Origin: Bacteroidota bacterium
GTDB lineage: Bacteria; Bacteroidota; Ignavibacteria; UBA10030; SZUA-254
Direction: 5' to 3'
DNA: 64,000 nt
NCBI GenBank assembly: GCA_044449065.1
Contig: JBIOHP010000005.1
Location: forward strand, 107,374 to 171,373
The translations under genes and the position numbers were made by a program. The notes below the pieces were generated by a model that saw nothing but the letters and a program-made list of their open reading frames with translations, made no database searches and was not told where the DNA came from. Shown here piece after piece: positions 55,217 to 64,000 of this stretch (its first letter is position 1; each line of letters starts with the position of its first letter).

Positions 55217-57589
55217 ATGATCGATCAAACGATATCTCATTACAAAATTCTTGAGAAGTTAGGTGAAGGCGGCATGGGAGTGGTCTACAAAGCTGAAGAT
55301 ACGAATCTCAAGCGCATCGTCGCCCTGAAATTCTTGCCTCATCATCTCACGACCAACGACGCAGAAGGCGCGCGGTTTATCCAAGAGGCACAGGCGGTTG
55401 CCGCGCTCAATCATCCGAACATCTGCGCGATTTATTCTTTCGGCGAGCATGAAGGCACCCACTTTATCGAGATGGAATTGGTGGAGGGAGTCACTCTGCG
55501 TCATAAGCTGCCGATCCAGAAGCAGGCCGACGCCGTGAGCTACGCAATTCAAATCGGCGAGGCACTGCAAGAAGCACACAGTAAGGGGATCGTGCACCGC
55601 GATGTTAAAGCTGAAAATATCATGACGAATACCAAGAACCAGATTAAGGTTATGGACTTTGGCTTGGCGAAGCTCAAGGGATCGTTGAAGCTCACCAAAA
55701 AGTCGAGCAGGATCGGCACGCTCGCTTATATGGCGCCTGAGCAGATTCAAGGCGGAGAAGTGGATGCGAGGAGCGACCTGTTTTCGTTCGGTATTGTGGT
55801 GTTTGAAATGCTCACGGGCAGGACGCCATTCCGCGGCGAGCACGAGGCTGCGACGATTTATTCGATCGTGAACGAGCCGCCGGAGTCACTCTTGAAACTC
55901 CGGCCGGACGTTTCGCCGGAGCTTGAGCGGATCGTTCACCGCGCAGTTGAAAAAGACCCTGAGGACAGGTATCAATCGGCCGCGGATATGGTGAGCGAAC
56001 TGCGGCGTGTGCAGAAGCAATCGACGAAAGTTTCGAGAACGATGGAGAAGGGGATTGCTCCGGCATTGACATCCGAAACGAGGCTCGGTGCAGCAGCGGC
56101 ATCGGATGTGGCGACTTCGCCGAATCGAACCCGGCAATTCATGATCGCCGGAATTGTCCTCGCGGTCATCGCCGCCGTGATCGTTGGGTATTTATTGTTC
56201 TCAACCAAGCGTCAGACAATTGACTCGCTTGCGGTTCTGCCGTTTGTCAACGTCTCGACCGATCCCGAAAAGGAATATCTCACTGAAGGCGTCACGGAAA
56301 ATATCACTAATAAACTTTCACAGTTTTCCGGACTTCGGGTCATTCCGAGGAGTTTGGTTGCGCGCTATAAAGGAGCAGACGTTGATCCCCGCGCCGCCGG
56401 TGCGGATCTGAAAGTCGGCGCAGTGTTGACGGGAAGAATTATTCAGCGCGGTGACTCACTCGATATTCAGACCGAGCTGATCGATGTGCACAATGTTTCG
56501 CAAATTTGGGGTGAGCACTATAACCGCCCATCGTCCGATTTAGTGGAGATCCAAGATGATATCATCAAGAATATTTCTGGAAAAATCAAAGGGGAAGCAA
56601 GCGCGGAAGAAAACAACCGCCTCATTCATTCCCGGGCAGTCGATCCCGAAGCGTACAAACTTTATTTGCAGGGGATGTATTTTTGGAACAAACGCTCTGC
56701 TGAAGGCAACAGAAAAGCGATCGAATATTTTGAGAACGCTGTTGGGAAAGACCCCACCTATGCGCTCGCGTATATCGGCATCGCGGACGCGTACATATTG
56801 GCGGCTGTCTTAAGCAGTCATCCTGCCGATTTTCGTGAGCGCATAAAGGCGGCGGCGTTGAAAGGGTTGGAGTTGGACAGCGCTTTGCCCGAAGCGCATG
56901 CTGCGCTGGGCGATGAACTGGCCTATTTTGAATTCGATCTTAAAGGCGCGGAACGGGAGCTTCGCCGGGCAATTACGCTCAATCCAAATTATGCGACCGG
57001 TCATCATTGGCTCGGAGAATTTCTTGTCGCCGTGGGTAAATACGACGAGGGACTTGCGGAATACCGGCGCGCAATGGAACTCGATCCGGTATCGCTCGCC
57101 ATCAGCTCCGACTACGCGTATGGCTTGTATTTTGCCCAACAATTTGACCGCTCTATCGAAGAGTTGAAAAAGATTATTGAAACCGATCCGAATTTTGTTC
57201 GCGCGCATTTCTATATCACTCTTCCGTATCTCATGAAGGGGATGCCGAAGGCAGCGTTCGACGAATTCATCAAAGGGATGGTTGCAGAGGGAGACAGCGC
57301 CGCAACAATTGCGGCGATACAACATGCTTTTGCCGTCTCCGGTTACAATGGGGTTGTAAAACTGCAGTTGGAACTAGCGGACACACTACCCATCGCTACT
57401 GCAATCTTTGACGCCGCAAGATGCTATGCCTTTCTTGGCGATAAGAATAGCGCTCTGGCGACATTGGAGAAAGAATACGAGGAAAGGCAATATAGCGCCC
57501 TAGGAATACTCGTCGAACCGATGTTTCACAATCTGCGAAAAGAACCAAGGTTTATCGCCCTGTTCAACAAGCTGGAAAACAACAAGTGA
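55217..57589 (+). CDS. receptor Ser/Thr protein kinase K9: kinase, TM, alpha/beta module, TPR
   Basis: LGEGGMGVVYKA, HRDVKAENIM, DFG, TM helix FMIAGIVLAVIAAVIVGYLLF, AVLPFVNVSTDPEKEYLTEGVTENITNKL, TPR repeats. ATG at 55217; the track ORF is TTG-extended. Confidence 0.9.
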   Translation: MIDQTISHYKILEKLGEGGMGVVYKAEDTNLKRIVALKFLPHHLTTNDAEGARFIQEAQAVAALNHPNICAIYSFGEHEGTHFIEMELVEGVTLRHKLPIQKQADAVSYAIQIGEALQEAHSKGIVHRDVKAENIMTNTKNQIKVMDFGLAKLKGSLKLTKKSSRIGTLAYMAPEQIQGGEVDARSDLFSFGIVVFEMLTGRTPFRGEHEAATIYSIVNEPPESLLKLRPDVSPELERIVHRAVEKDPEDRYQSAADMVSELRRVQKQSTKVSRTMEKGIAPALTSETRLGAAAASDVATSPNRTRQFMIAGIVLAVIAAVIVGYLLFSTKRQTIDSLAVLPFVNVSTDPEKEYLTEGVTENITNKLSQFSGLRVIPRSLVARYKGADVDPRAAGADLKVGAVLTGRIIQRGDSLDIQTELIDVHNVSQIWGEHYNRPSSDLVEIQDDIIKNISGKIKGEASAEENNRLIHSRAVDPEAYKLYLQGMYFWNKRSAEGNRKAIEYFENAVGKDPTYALAYIGIADAYILAAVLSSHPADFRERIKAAALKGLELDSALPEAHAALGDELAYFEFDLKGAERELRRAITLNPNYATGHHWLGEFLVAVGKYDEGLAEYRRAMELDPVSLAISSDYAYGLYFAQQFDRSIEELKKIIETDPNFVRAHFYITLPYLMKGMPKAAFDEFIKGMVAEGDSAATIAAIQHAFAVSGYNGVVKLQLELADTLPIATAIFDAARCYAFLGDKNSALATLEKEYEERQYSALGILVEPMFHNLRKEPRFIALFNKLENNK

Positions 57590-57623
57590 ACGGCAACATG
57601 TTTCTTCAAACGTTCCATACGCT

Positions 57624-57838
57624 ATGATGAGCCACACGATTTCCCACTACAAGCTTCTCGAGAAGCCCCGCCATAAAGACGGCGGGCAAGTCGGCGAGGG
57701 CAACATGTCCCAAACTTTCCCACGAGTGCGGCGAGTGGATGGAAGTTTGAGGATCTCCCGTTGTTTGGATTCCGCTTTGACAACGGGATTCCAAAAAGCG
57801 GAACAGCTGGAACGCAGTGGAAGCGGGAGGCGTGGACT
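57624..57838 (+). promoter_or_regulatory. kinase leader element L8 (variant B)
   Basis: uORF MMSHTISHYKLLEKPRHKDGGQVGEGNMSQTFPRVRRVDGSLRISRCLDSALTTGFQKAEQLERSGSGRRGL, with its stop overlapping the K10 ATG. Confidence 0.7.
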
Positions 57839-60520
57839 ATGATTGGGCAAACAATATCTCATTACAAAATTCTTGAGAAGTTAGGCGAGGGCGGGATGGG
57901 CGTAGTGTACAAAGCCGAAGATACCAAGCTCAAGCGGGTCGTCGCGTTGAAGTTTTTACCGGAACATCTTTCTGCATCCTCGGTGGACAAGGAAAGATTT
58001 ATCCAGGAAGCACAGGCGGCTTCAGCTCTGAATCATCCCAATGTTTGCACGATACACGACATTCAGGAACACGATGGAAAAATGTTCATTGTTATGGAAT
58101 TCGTTGACGGGCAAACACTACGGCAAAAGAAGGATTCAATATCCCAGAAACAAGCAATTGAAATTGGAATTCAGATTGCCGATGGTCTTGCCGCCGCGCA
58201 TGAAAAAGGAATTGTTCACCGCGATATCAAGCCCGAAAACATTATGATACGAAAAGATGGCTCTGCCCAGATCATGGATTTCGGACTGGCAAAACTCAGA
58301 GCAAGCGGGAGTAAAATTACCCGCCTTACAAAGGAAGGCAGCACAGTCGGAACCGCGGGCTATATGTCGCCGGAACAGGTACAAGGACATGAAGTTGATC
58401 ATCGCTCTGATATTTTTTCTTTCGGTGTTTTGCTCTATGAACTGATAGCAGGTCAGCTTCCATTCAGGGGCGTGCATGAAACAGCGTTGATGTACGAGAT
58501 TGTCAATGTCGATCCTGCGCCAATTTCAACGATTAAACCGGAAATTGATCCCAACCTCGATAGTATAATTCTTGATTGCCTTGAGAAAGACCCTAAAGAA
58601 CGCTGCCAATCAGTTGCCGAAGTTGCCAGGGATCTCCGCCGGATAAAGCGTGAATCGAGCCGGCAGCGCGCCAGCCGCATAACTTCAGTACGACCAATTT
58701 CGCCCAAACAAACGCCTATAGTTACGCCTTCTGCCGCGATGCAAACGAAACGCCAGATAGTGTGGCCCCTGCTCTGCGGTATCCTGGGTGTTGCTCTCCT
58801 CGCATCGATCTGGATTCTGGTGAGTAGAGGGAAATCGTCACATCCCATTATACGGTTGGGAATAACATTACCGAAGGGCGAATCGGTGGAGTCGCAATAT
58901 TTCTCGGCTATTGCAATTTCTCCGGATGGTACGCAAATTGTTTATAGGACGAATGGGAGATTGTATAAGCGAAGCATGGATAGCTTCACTCCGGAAGCTA
59001 TTCCCGGCACAGAGAACAGTGAAAATCCATTCTTCTCTCCCAACGGTAAATGGATCGGTTTTTTCTCAGACGGGAAACTTAAAAAGGTATCGTTAAGCGG
59101 AGGGACACCGTTGGACGTGACCGATCAAATGGGAAATCGCGGCGCGGTCTGGACGAAGGATGGAAAAATCATTTTTGCACCCACAGCGCGGCAAGGGCTT
59201 TTTTGCATCAATGAGGACGGCAGCGACCGCCGGCAGCTTACCACTGTTGATAGCACGAAGAATGAGCGCACTCATCGGTGGCCCCAGATCATGCCCGATG
59301 GAAAAACCATATTGTTTACCATAGGCACAATGGACAGCCCCGATTATTATGAGGACGCAACGATAGGCGCTGTAAACATCGAAACCGGTGAGCGGAAAGT
59401 TGTCATGAAAGGAGCGAGCACGACCTACTATCTGGGCACCGGAGATCTTCTCTATTCACATGCAGGGATTTTGTTCGCTGTGCCATTCGATTCTAAGAAC
59501 ATTGAAGTCAAAGGAACCGCATTCGCGGTGCTGGACAATGTCTCCGGCGACCCGACAACAGGAGCAACCAATTATTCAATTTCCGATAATGGAACGCTTG
59601 CATATGTTCCGGGTTCAACAAATCTTCTCAATCGAACCCTGGCTCTTATCGATCGAAATGGAACAACTTCCATTCTCCCGGCTCCGAGCCAGAATTATAT
59701 GGAACCACGCATCTCTCCGGATGGTAAACAGGTTGCCGTGGTTATCGGGTCTGCAAAAGATTACGATATCTGGCTGTATGATATGCAACGACATACGATG
59801 AGCCGATTTACCTTCGGGGGAATTAACCGTTCTCCTGTTTGGTCGCCCGATAGCAAGCGCATCGCGTATTCATACAATGAAACCGGAAATCGGAAAATTA
59901 TCATCCGACAAGCGGACGGCGGCGGGACGCCTGAAGAAATTAAAATGACCTATGATCGAACCTATGTACTGTGCTGGTCGCGGGACGGTTCGTCGATTAT
60001 CTTTAATGGGATCCGCGCTTCTACAGGGTACGATATACTTGTTCTTCCCGTAAGGGGAAATCACCAGCCATGGGCTTTTCTTGATACTCGGTTCGATGAA
60101 CGGGAAGCGTCCCTTTCACCCGATGGCAGATGGATCGCCTTTACCTCAAATGAGACCGGCTCACAACAAATTTACGTTCGACCGTTTCCCCATGGCAACG
60201 GAAAATGGCAGATCTCAACCGATCAGGGAGGAGATGCAAATTGGTCACCGGATGGGAAAACGCTCTTTTATCAAAGTCAATCCGAGCTTAGGGCTGTTTC
60301 GATCATCGGCACTACCTCGTTGGTTGTTGGAGAATCAAAAGTTCTTGTGAGAGATTTTCAGAGAATCTTTGTGGAAAGCGGAATTAATTACGATCCCACT
60401 CCGGATGGGAAATATTTTCTATGCACGAAACCTGCAGAAGGGGATGATATGCTGCGACAGATCAATATAGTGTTAAACTGGTTCGATGAAATTCAATTAA
60501 AGGCAGGCGCAAACAAATGA
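57839..60520 (+). CDS. receptor Ser/Thr protein kinase K10: kinase, TM, PD40 beta-propeller
   Basis: LGEGGMGVVYKA, HRDIKPENIM, DFG, TM helix IVWPLLCGILGVALLASIWILV, PD40 repeats (SPDG motifs), 893 aa from the ATG at 57839. Confidence 0.9.
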   Translation: MIGQTISHYKILEKLGEGGMGVVYKAEDTKLKRVVALKFLPEHLSASSVDKERFIQEAQAASALNHPNVCTIHDIQEHDGKMFIVMEFVDGQTLRQKKDSISQKQAIEIGIQIADGLAAAHEKGIVHRDIKPENIMIRKDGSAQIMDFGLAKLRASGSKITRLTKEGSTVGTAGYMSPEQVQGHEVDHRSDIFSFGVLLYELIAGQLPFRGVHETALMYEIVNVDPAPISTIKPEIDPNLDSIILDCLEKDPKERCQSVAEVARDLRRIKRESSRQRASRITSVRPISPKQTPIVTPSAAMQTKRQIVWPLLCGILGVALLASIWILVSRGKSSHPIIRLGITLPKGESVESQYFSAIAISPDGTQIVYRTNGRLYKRSMDSFTPEAIPGTENSENPFFSPNGKWIGFFSDGKLKKVSLSGGTPLDVTDQMGNRGAVWTKDGKIIFAPTARQGLFCINEDGSDRRQLTTVDSTKNERTHRWPQIMPDGKTILFTIGTMDSPDYYEDATIGAVNIETGERKVVMKGASTTYYLGTGDLLYSHAGILFAVPFDSKNIEVKGTAFAVLDNVSGDPTTGATNYSISDNGTLAYVPGSTNLLNRTLALIDRNGTTSILPAPSQNYMEPRISPDGKQVAVVIGSAKDYDIWLYDMQRHTMSRFTFGGINRSPVWSPDSKRIAYSYNETGNRKIIIRQADGGGTPEEIKMTYDRTYVLCWSRDGSSIIFNGIRASTGYDILVLPVRGNHQPWAFLDTRFDEREASLSPDGRWIAFTSNETGSQQIYVRPFPHGNGKWQISTDQGGDANWSPDGKTLFYQSQSELRAVSIIGTTSLVVGESKVLVRDFQRIFVESGINYDPTPDGKYFLCTKPAEGDDMLRQINIVLNWFDEIQLKAGANK

Positions 60521-60658
60521 TAGGGCTCTGTGATATACAGCATAATGGAGTAACAAAAATATATTTAATATATTATTATAAACAGAGACCATATTGGTTG
60601 ACAATGAGCGTTCAACATGACAAAATGAGAAATATCAGAGAAAAGGATCGGTGATGCT

Positions 60659-61003
60659 ATGCCTTACGGACATCAACTTTTAACTCTCATCAAGCAATCG
60701 GATACCATGGATCGTGTTTGCAAAGATCGGCTGCAATCAGGCGATTGGATGCTCATCCAAACCCGGAATTCACGCTACTCTATTCATATTGGCGGCGATG
60801 GCTGGTGTGAGATATCAGGGGGATGGTTCGATAGGAAGGGAAAATCACACGCGAGAGTTCGGATAAACGGATGCACCTGGGGCGGCTCGGCGATCAATTT
60901 ACAGGTTGCGGCTGCGTGCGGACTTTGCATTGAATTCAGCAACCGCGTTGTAACAAGTCCCATACAACGGATAATTTTCTTTCCCGGGTTCACGATGAAT
61001 TAA
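60659..61003 (+). CDS. hypothetical small protein (114 aa)
   Basis: Clean ATG ORF with a strong terminator immediately after it (61034-61069). No recognisable motif. Confidence 0.45.
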   Translation: MPYGHQLLTLIKQSDTMDRVCKDRLQSGDWMLIQTRNSRYSIHIGGDGWCEISGGWFDRKGKSHARVRINGCTWGGSAINLQVAAACGLCIEFSNRVVTSPIQRIIFFPGFTMN

Positions 61004-61033
61004 GTTCAATAGAAGAAAATCGATGAAATGAAT

Positions 61034-61069
61034 ATGAAAAGCCGGAAGATATCCGGCTTTTCATATTTT
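61034..61069 (+). terminator. rho-independent terminator
   Basis: ATGAAAAGCCGGA-agat-ATCCGGCTTTTCAT stem of about 13 bp, followed by ATTTTA. Confidence 0.75.
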
Positions 61070-61330
61070 ACTTCGACCCATCAGAATGCATCTCCCCCCT
61101 CCCGATTTCAACCCATCAAAACATTTGATGTATTCCAACCCAATACCCTCATAATGGCTAATATCATGGTAACGATATCATGAAAAGTGCAGCTACTTGA
61201 TGTATTTTTTATTATCTATAACAATGAAGGGATTCAAAACGGTTGTAAATTGTGAAAATATTCGGCAAATTAGTGTCAGCAGTTAATTTTCTCGCATGAT
61301 CTACAATTATTTGGCTTTGGAGAATCTACT

Positions 61331-64000
61331 ATGAAATCTTTGCTTACGTATGTGTTGCTCGCCTGTTTTTTTCTTCCGGGTTATGCTTATAGTCAGAGTG
61401 ACCATACCCCTCCTGAAATGAAAGACCTGCGATACCGGGAATCGCAGCAATACAAAGCAATGATGAGAAGAACACTTGACGGGGTTGCGTCTGAAGACCG
61501 CATCGATGTAAAGTATTACAGGTTAGATATTCAGATCACCACTTCGCCTCAATACCTCGAAGGCAGCGTGTTGATGACCGCGCAAAACCTCGTGGACAAC
61601 CTTACTTCCATAACGCTCGATCTTATGCAAGCCATGACGGTTGATTCCGTGAAGGTAGGCGGGACTCTGGTAAGTTTCACCCAGCATCCCTCAAATTTCG
61701 ATATTCAACTTGACAGAACATACAATCATGGCGAGGCGATGACGATGGAAACATTCTACCAGGGTCATCCGGGAAGCAGCGGTTTTGGAAGCTTTGAATA
61801 TTCATCCCATGGCGGCTCTGCAACACCCTGGGTTTGGTCCCTCAGCGAACCGTTTGGCGCTAAAGATTGGTGGCCCTGCAAAGATCATCCCTCGGATAAA
61901 GCAGATTCAGCCGATATCATCGTAACGGTGAGCAACCAGTTCAGGGTGGGATCGAACGGGAAATTAATTTCAACGCAGGATAATGGCGACGGCACCGCCA
62001 CATACCATTGGCATGAACATTATCCGATTTCAACTTATTTAATTTCGGTCACCGTAACGAATTTTTCAACCTTCTCCAATTGGTTTCACTATACTCCGAC
62101 TGATTCCATGGAAGTTCTTAATTATGTCTTACCGGAACATTTATCATCGGCAACGTCCTTGCTGCCAAACGCGGTTGACGGATTGCGAATATATTCAAAT
62201 CTATTCGGGTTGTACCCCTTCATTCAGGAAAAGTACGGGCACTGCGAATTTGGCTGGGGGGGCGGCATGGAACATCAAACGATGACCTCGCTGGGGGGAT
62301 TCGATGAAAGTCTTGTGATGCATGAACTCGCCCATCAATGGTTCGGCGATATGATAACCTGCCGCACCTGGCCCGATATCTGGCTGAACGAGGGGTTTGC
62401 CACGTTTTGTGAATTGCTTTATGAGGGAGTTAAATACGGTCAACCATATTATTCATCGGGTATTAACAGCGATATGACCAGCGCAAGAAGCGCCGTTGGA
62501 ACTGTTAGCGTGAGCGATAGCGGAGCCACACTCTTCGATTGGAATCTTGTTTACGCAAAAGGCGCGGTAGTTCTTCACATGCTCCGGCATGCAATCGGGG
62601 ACACGTCGTTTTTTCATGGTATGCGTAATTATGCGAACAATCCCGCCTTACGATTCGGGACTGCATCTACGGCTGATTTTCGCGGAGAATGCGAAGCTGC
62701 TTCAGGGCAGGATTTAAATTATTTTTTCAACGAATGGATTTACGGAGAAAAATATCCAACATATTACAAATGGTCCAATATTGATACGACAACCACCGGC
62801 TGCAGCGTAGCAATTCACCTCGCCCAAACGACCGGCACGTCAAACCCGACCTTCTTCACCATGCCTGTGGATTTGAAGTTCATCGGTACGGGCTGGGACT
62901 CAACCATCACCGTTTTGAACATCGCGGCTTCCCAGGATTTTACATTTGATCTCCCCAAGGTTATTACCTTGGTGCAGCTCGATCCGCAAAACGGGATATT
63001 GAAAACTGTTCACGACGACGATTACACTATTGGACCGGATTCCCTTGATTTCGGGGACGTCATCTATAGCCAGCAAAAAACAGATACTATAACAGTTACT
63101 AATACGGGCGCTAATACATTTAACGTGTCTTCTGTAATCTCCGATCTCCCTGATTACAAGATAACACCCACAAGCGCAGCTATCCCTTCAGGATCTAAGA
63201 AATCCTTCGCAATAGCATTTACACCGACCGCTTTTGGAACAAGAACGGGTCATTTAACATTCGCAATCAATAATTTTAACATTGCATTCCCGACCGTAAT
63301 AGGAATAACTGGACATGGCACGGCATCATCAACATTATTTTCACCATCGCCTGACTCTTTATATGTTGGGGACGCCCTCATGGCAAAATCCAGATTAGAC
63401 AGTATTACCATAACAAATACCGGGGGAGATTCGTTGTTAATCGCTTCGGCAGCATCAGATATAAGTTGTTTTACGGTCACGCCATCCGCAGATACTATTC
63501 TTCCCATACAGAGCAAAAAGTTTTATGTGACATTTACACCAACCTCCATCGGAATGCAAACAGGACACATAACATTTATTCACAACGGCACAAGCTCACC
63601 CAACCGTGTTCCGGTTTCTGGCTTCGGAGATTCGTGGCGTTTTTTCATGTACTACAATCCGAGTTGGAATCTTCTTTCCGTGCCGTGTAAACTCGGTAAT
63701 TATCAGAAAGATTCGGTATTTCCGGGCGGCAGCTCACTTGCATATACCTACCTTTACCCGACCGGTTACGTTTCACAGGAATCGTTACGCAATGGCGTGG
63801 GTTACTGGTACAAGTTTCCCATTGATAAACCAATCACCATAACCGGCGTTCCGCTCATACTCGATACGATCAAGGCGGTGAAAGGATGGAATCTCATTGG
63901 TTCCATTTCAAATGCCATAGGAGTGAACCAAATTTATTCCGATCTTCCGGGTACTATAACATCAAGCTTTTTTGGATATCGGAACGGATATGTAATCGTT
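61331..64000 (+). CDS. secreted M1-family (aminopeptidase N-like) zinc metallopeptidase fused to Ig-like (choice-of-anchor-D-like) repeats; 3' end runs off the window
   Basis: Signal peptide MKSLLTYVLLACFFLPGYAYS. GAMEN-like motif GGMEHQTMTS. HELAHQWFGD...WLNEGFATF matches the HExxHx18E pattern. Tandem domains such as FGDVIYSQQKTDTITVTNTGANTFNV follow. Hand translation shows no stop through 64000. Confidence 0.75.
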   Translation, partial: MKSLLTYVLLACFFLPGYAYSQSDHTPPEMKDLRYRESQQYKAMMRRTLDGVASEDRIDVKYYRLDIQITTSPQYLEGSVLMTAQNLVDNLTSITLDLMQAMTVDSVKVGGTLVSFTQHPSNFDIQLDRTYNHGEAMTMETFYQGHPGSSGFGSFEYSSHGGSATPWVWSLSEPFGAKDWWPCKDHPSDKADSADIIVTVSNQFRVGSNGKLISTQDNGDGTATYHWHEHYPISTYLISVTVTNFSTFSNWFHYTPTDSMEVLNYVLPEHLSSATSLLPNAVDGLRIYSNLFGLYPFIQEKYGHCEFGWGGGMEHQTMTSLGGFDESLVMHELAHQWFGDMITCRTWPDIWLNEGFATFCELLYEGVKYGQPYYSSGINSDMTSARSAVGTVSVSDSGATLFDWNLVYAKGAVVLHMLRHAIGDTSFFHGMRNYANNPALRFGTASTADFRGECEAASGQDLNYFFNEWIYGEKYPTYYKWSNIDTTTTGCSVAIHLAQTTGTSNPTFFTMPVDLKFIGTGWDSTITVLNIAASQDFTFDLPKVITLVQLDPQNGILKTVHDDDYTIGPDSLDFGDVIYSQQKTDTITVTNTGANTFNVSSVISDLPDYKITPTSAAIPSGSKKSFAIAFTPTAFGTRTGHLTFAINNFNIAFPTVIGITGHGTASSTLFSPSPDSLYVGDALMAKSRLDSITITNTGGDSLLIASAASDISCFTVTPSADTILPIQSKKFYVTFTPTSIGMQTGHITFIHNGTSSPNRVPVSGFGDSWRFFMYYNPSWNLLSVPCKLGNYQKDSVFPGGSSLAYTYLYPTGYVSQESLRNGVGYWYKFPIDKPITITGVPLILDTIKAVKGWNLIGSISNAIGVNQIYSDLPGTITSSFFGYRNGYVIV

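Noticed and set aside
1-64000. A scan for CRISPR arrays, rRNA genes, and integrase or transposase genes
   Set aside because: No regularly spaced short direct repeats with unique spacers were found. No rRNA-like sequence was found. No ORF with recombinase or transposase motifs was found. The only repeat families are the kinase leaders and the small palindromic elements described above.

Overview
This 64-kb window is from a bacterium that uses the type IX secretion system (T9SS), with moderate GC content. Three large secreted proteins end in the T9SS C-terminal sorting motif (YPNPFNP...), which points to the Bacteroidota/Ignavibacteriota (FCB) group. The first 30 kb carry ordinary genes: an epimerase, a SpoU-type methyltransferase, a Nudix hydrolase, ndk, a rhodanese, sucD, tatA, purQ/purS, pssA/psd, an O-antigen-ligase-TPR protein, tRNA-Gln, and an IorAB-like molybdenum-cofactor-dependent hydroxylase. 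They also hold a small lipid-modification cluster (an ICMT-like methyltransferase, a cyclase, an O-methyltransferase, a CFA synthase), a malic enzyme and three T9SS cargo proteins, one of them a 1368-aa metzincin/beta-helix protein. The standout region runs from 33.0 to 60.5 kb. It holds ten tandem, same-strand paralogous Hanks-type Ser/Thr kinase genes. All have intact glycine-loop, HRD and DFG motifs. Nine of the ten have a single transmembrane helix and the tenth (K5, 44469..46598) has none. They fall into two sensor classes: PD40/TolB-like beta-propeller (five genes) and a periplasmic alpha/beta module plus TPR repeats (five genes). Eight of the ten are immediately preceded by a conserved leader of about 190-215 nt. 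Each leader begins with a copy of the kinase's own first ~15 codons and carries a 64-72-codon upstream ORF (uORF) whose stop overlaps the kinase ATG as ATGA. Where a kinase lies upstream, the uORF start overlaps or abuts that kinase's stop. The leader occurs in two sequence variants that read the conserved block in different frames yet keep the same hairpins through compensatory changes. It contains mutually exclusive hairpins, one of which pairs with the kinase ribosome-binding site. This looks like a structured RNA that couples translation along the array, and it is the main candidate for an undescribed system. A GAF-PP2C phosphatase, a tandem-ABM protein and a CBS-pair protein lie beside or inside the array. 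The intergenic regions also hold several MITE-like nested palindromic repeats, including one with perfect 16-bp terminal inverted repeats inserted into another palindromic repeat, and a pair of tandem structured repeats ending in a terminator that may be an sRNA.
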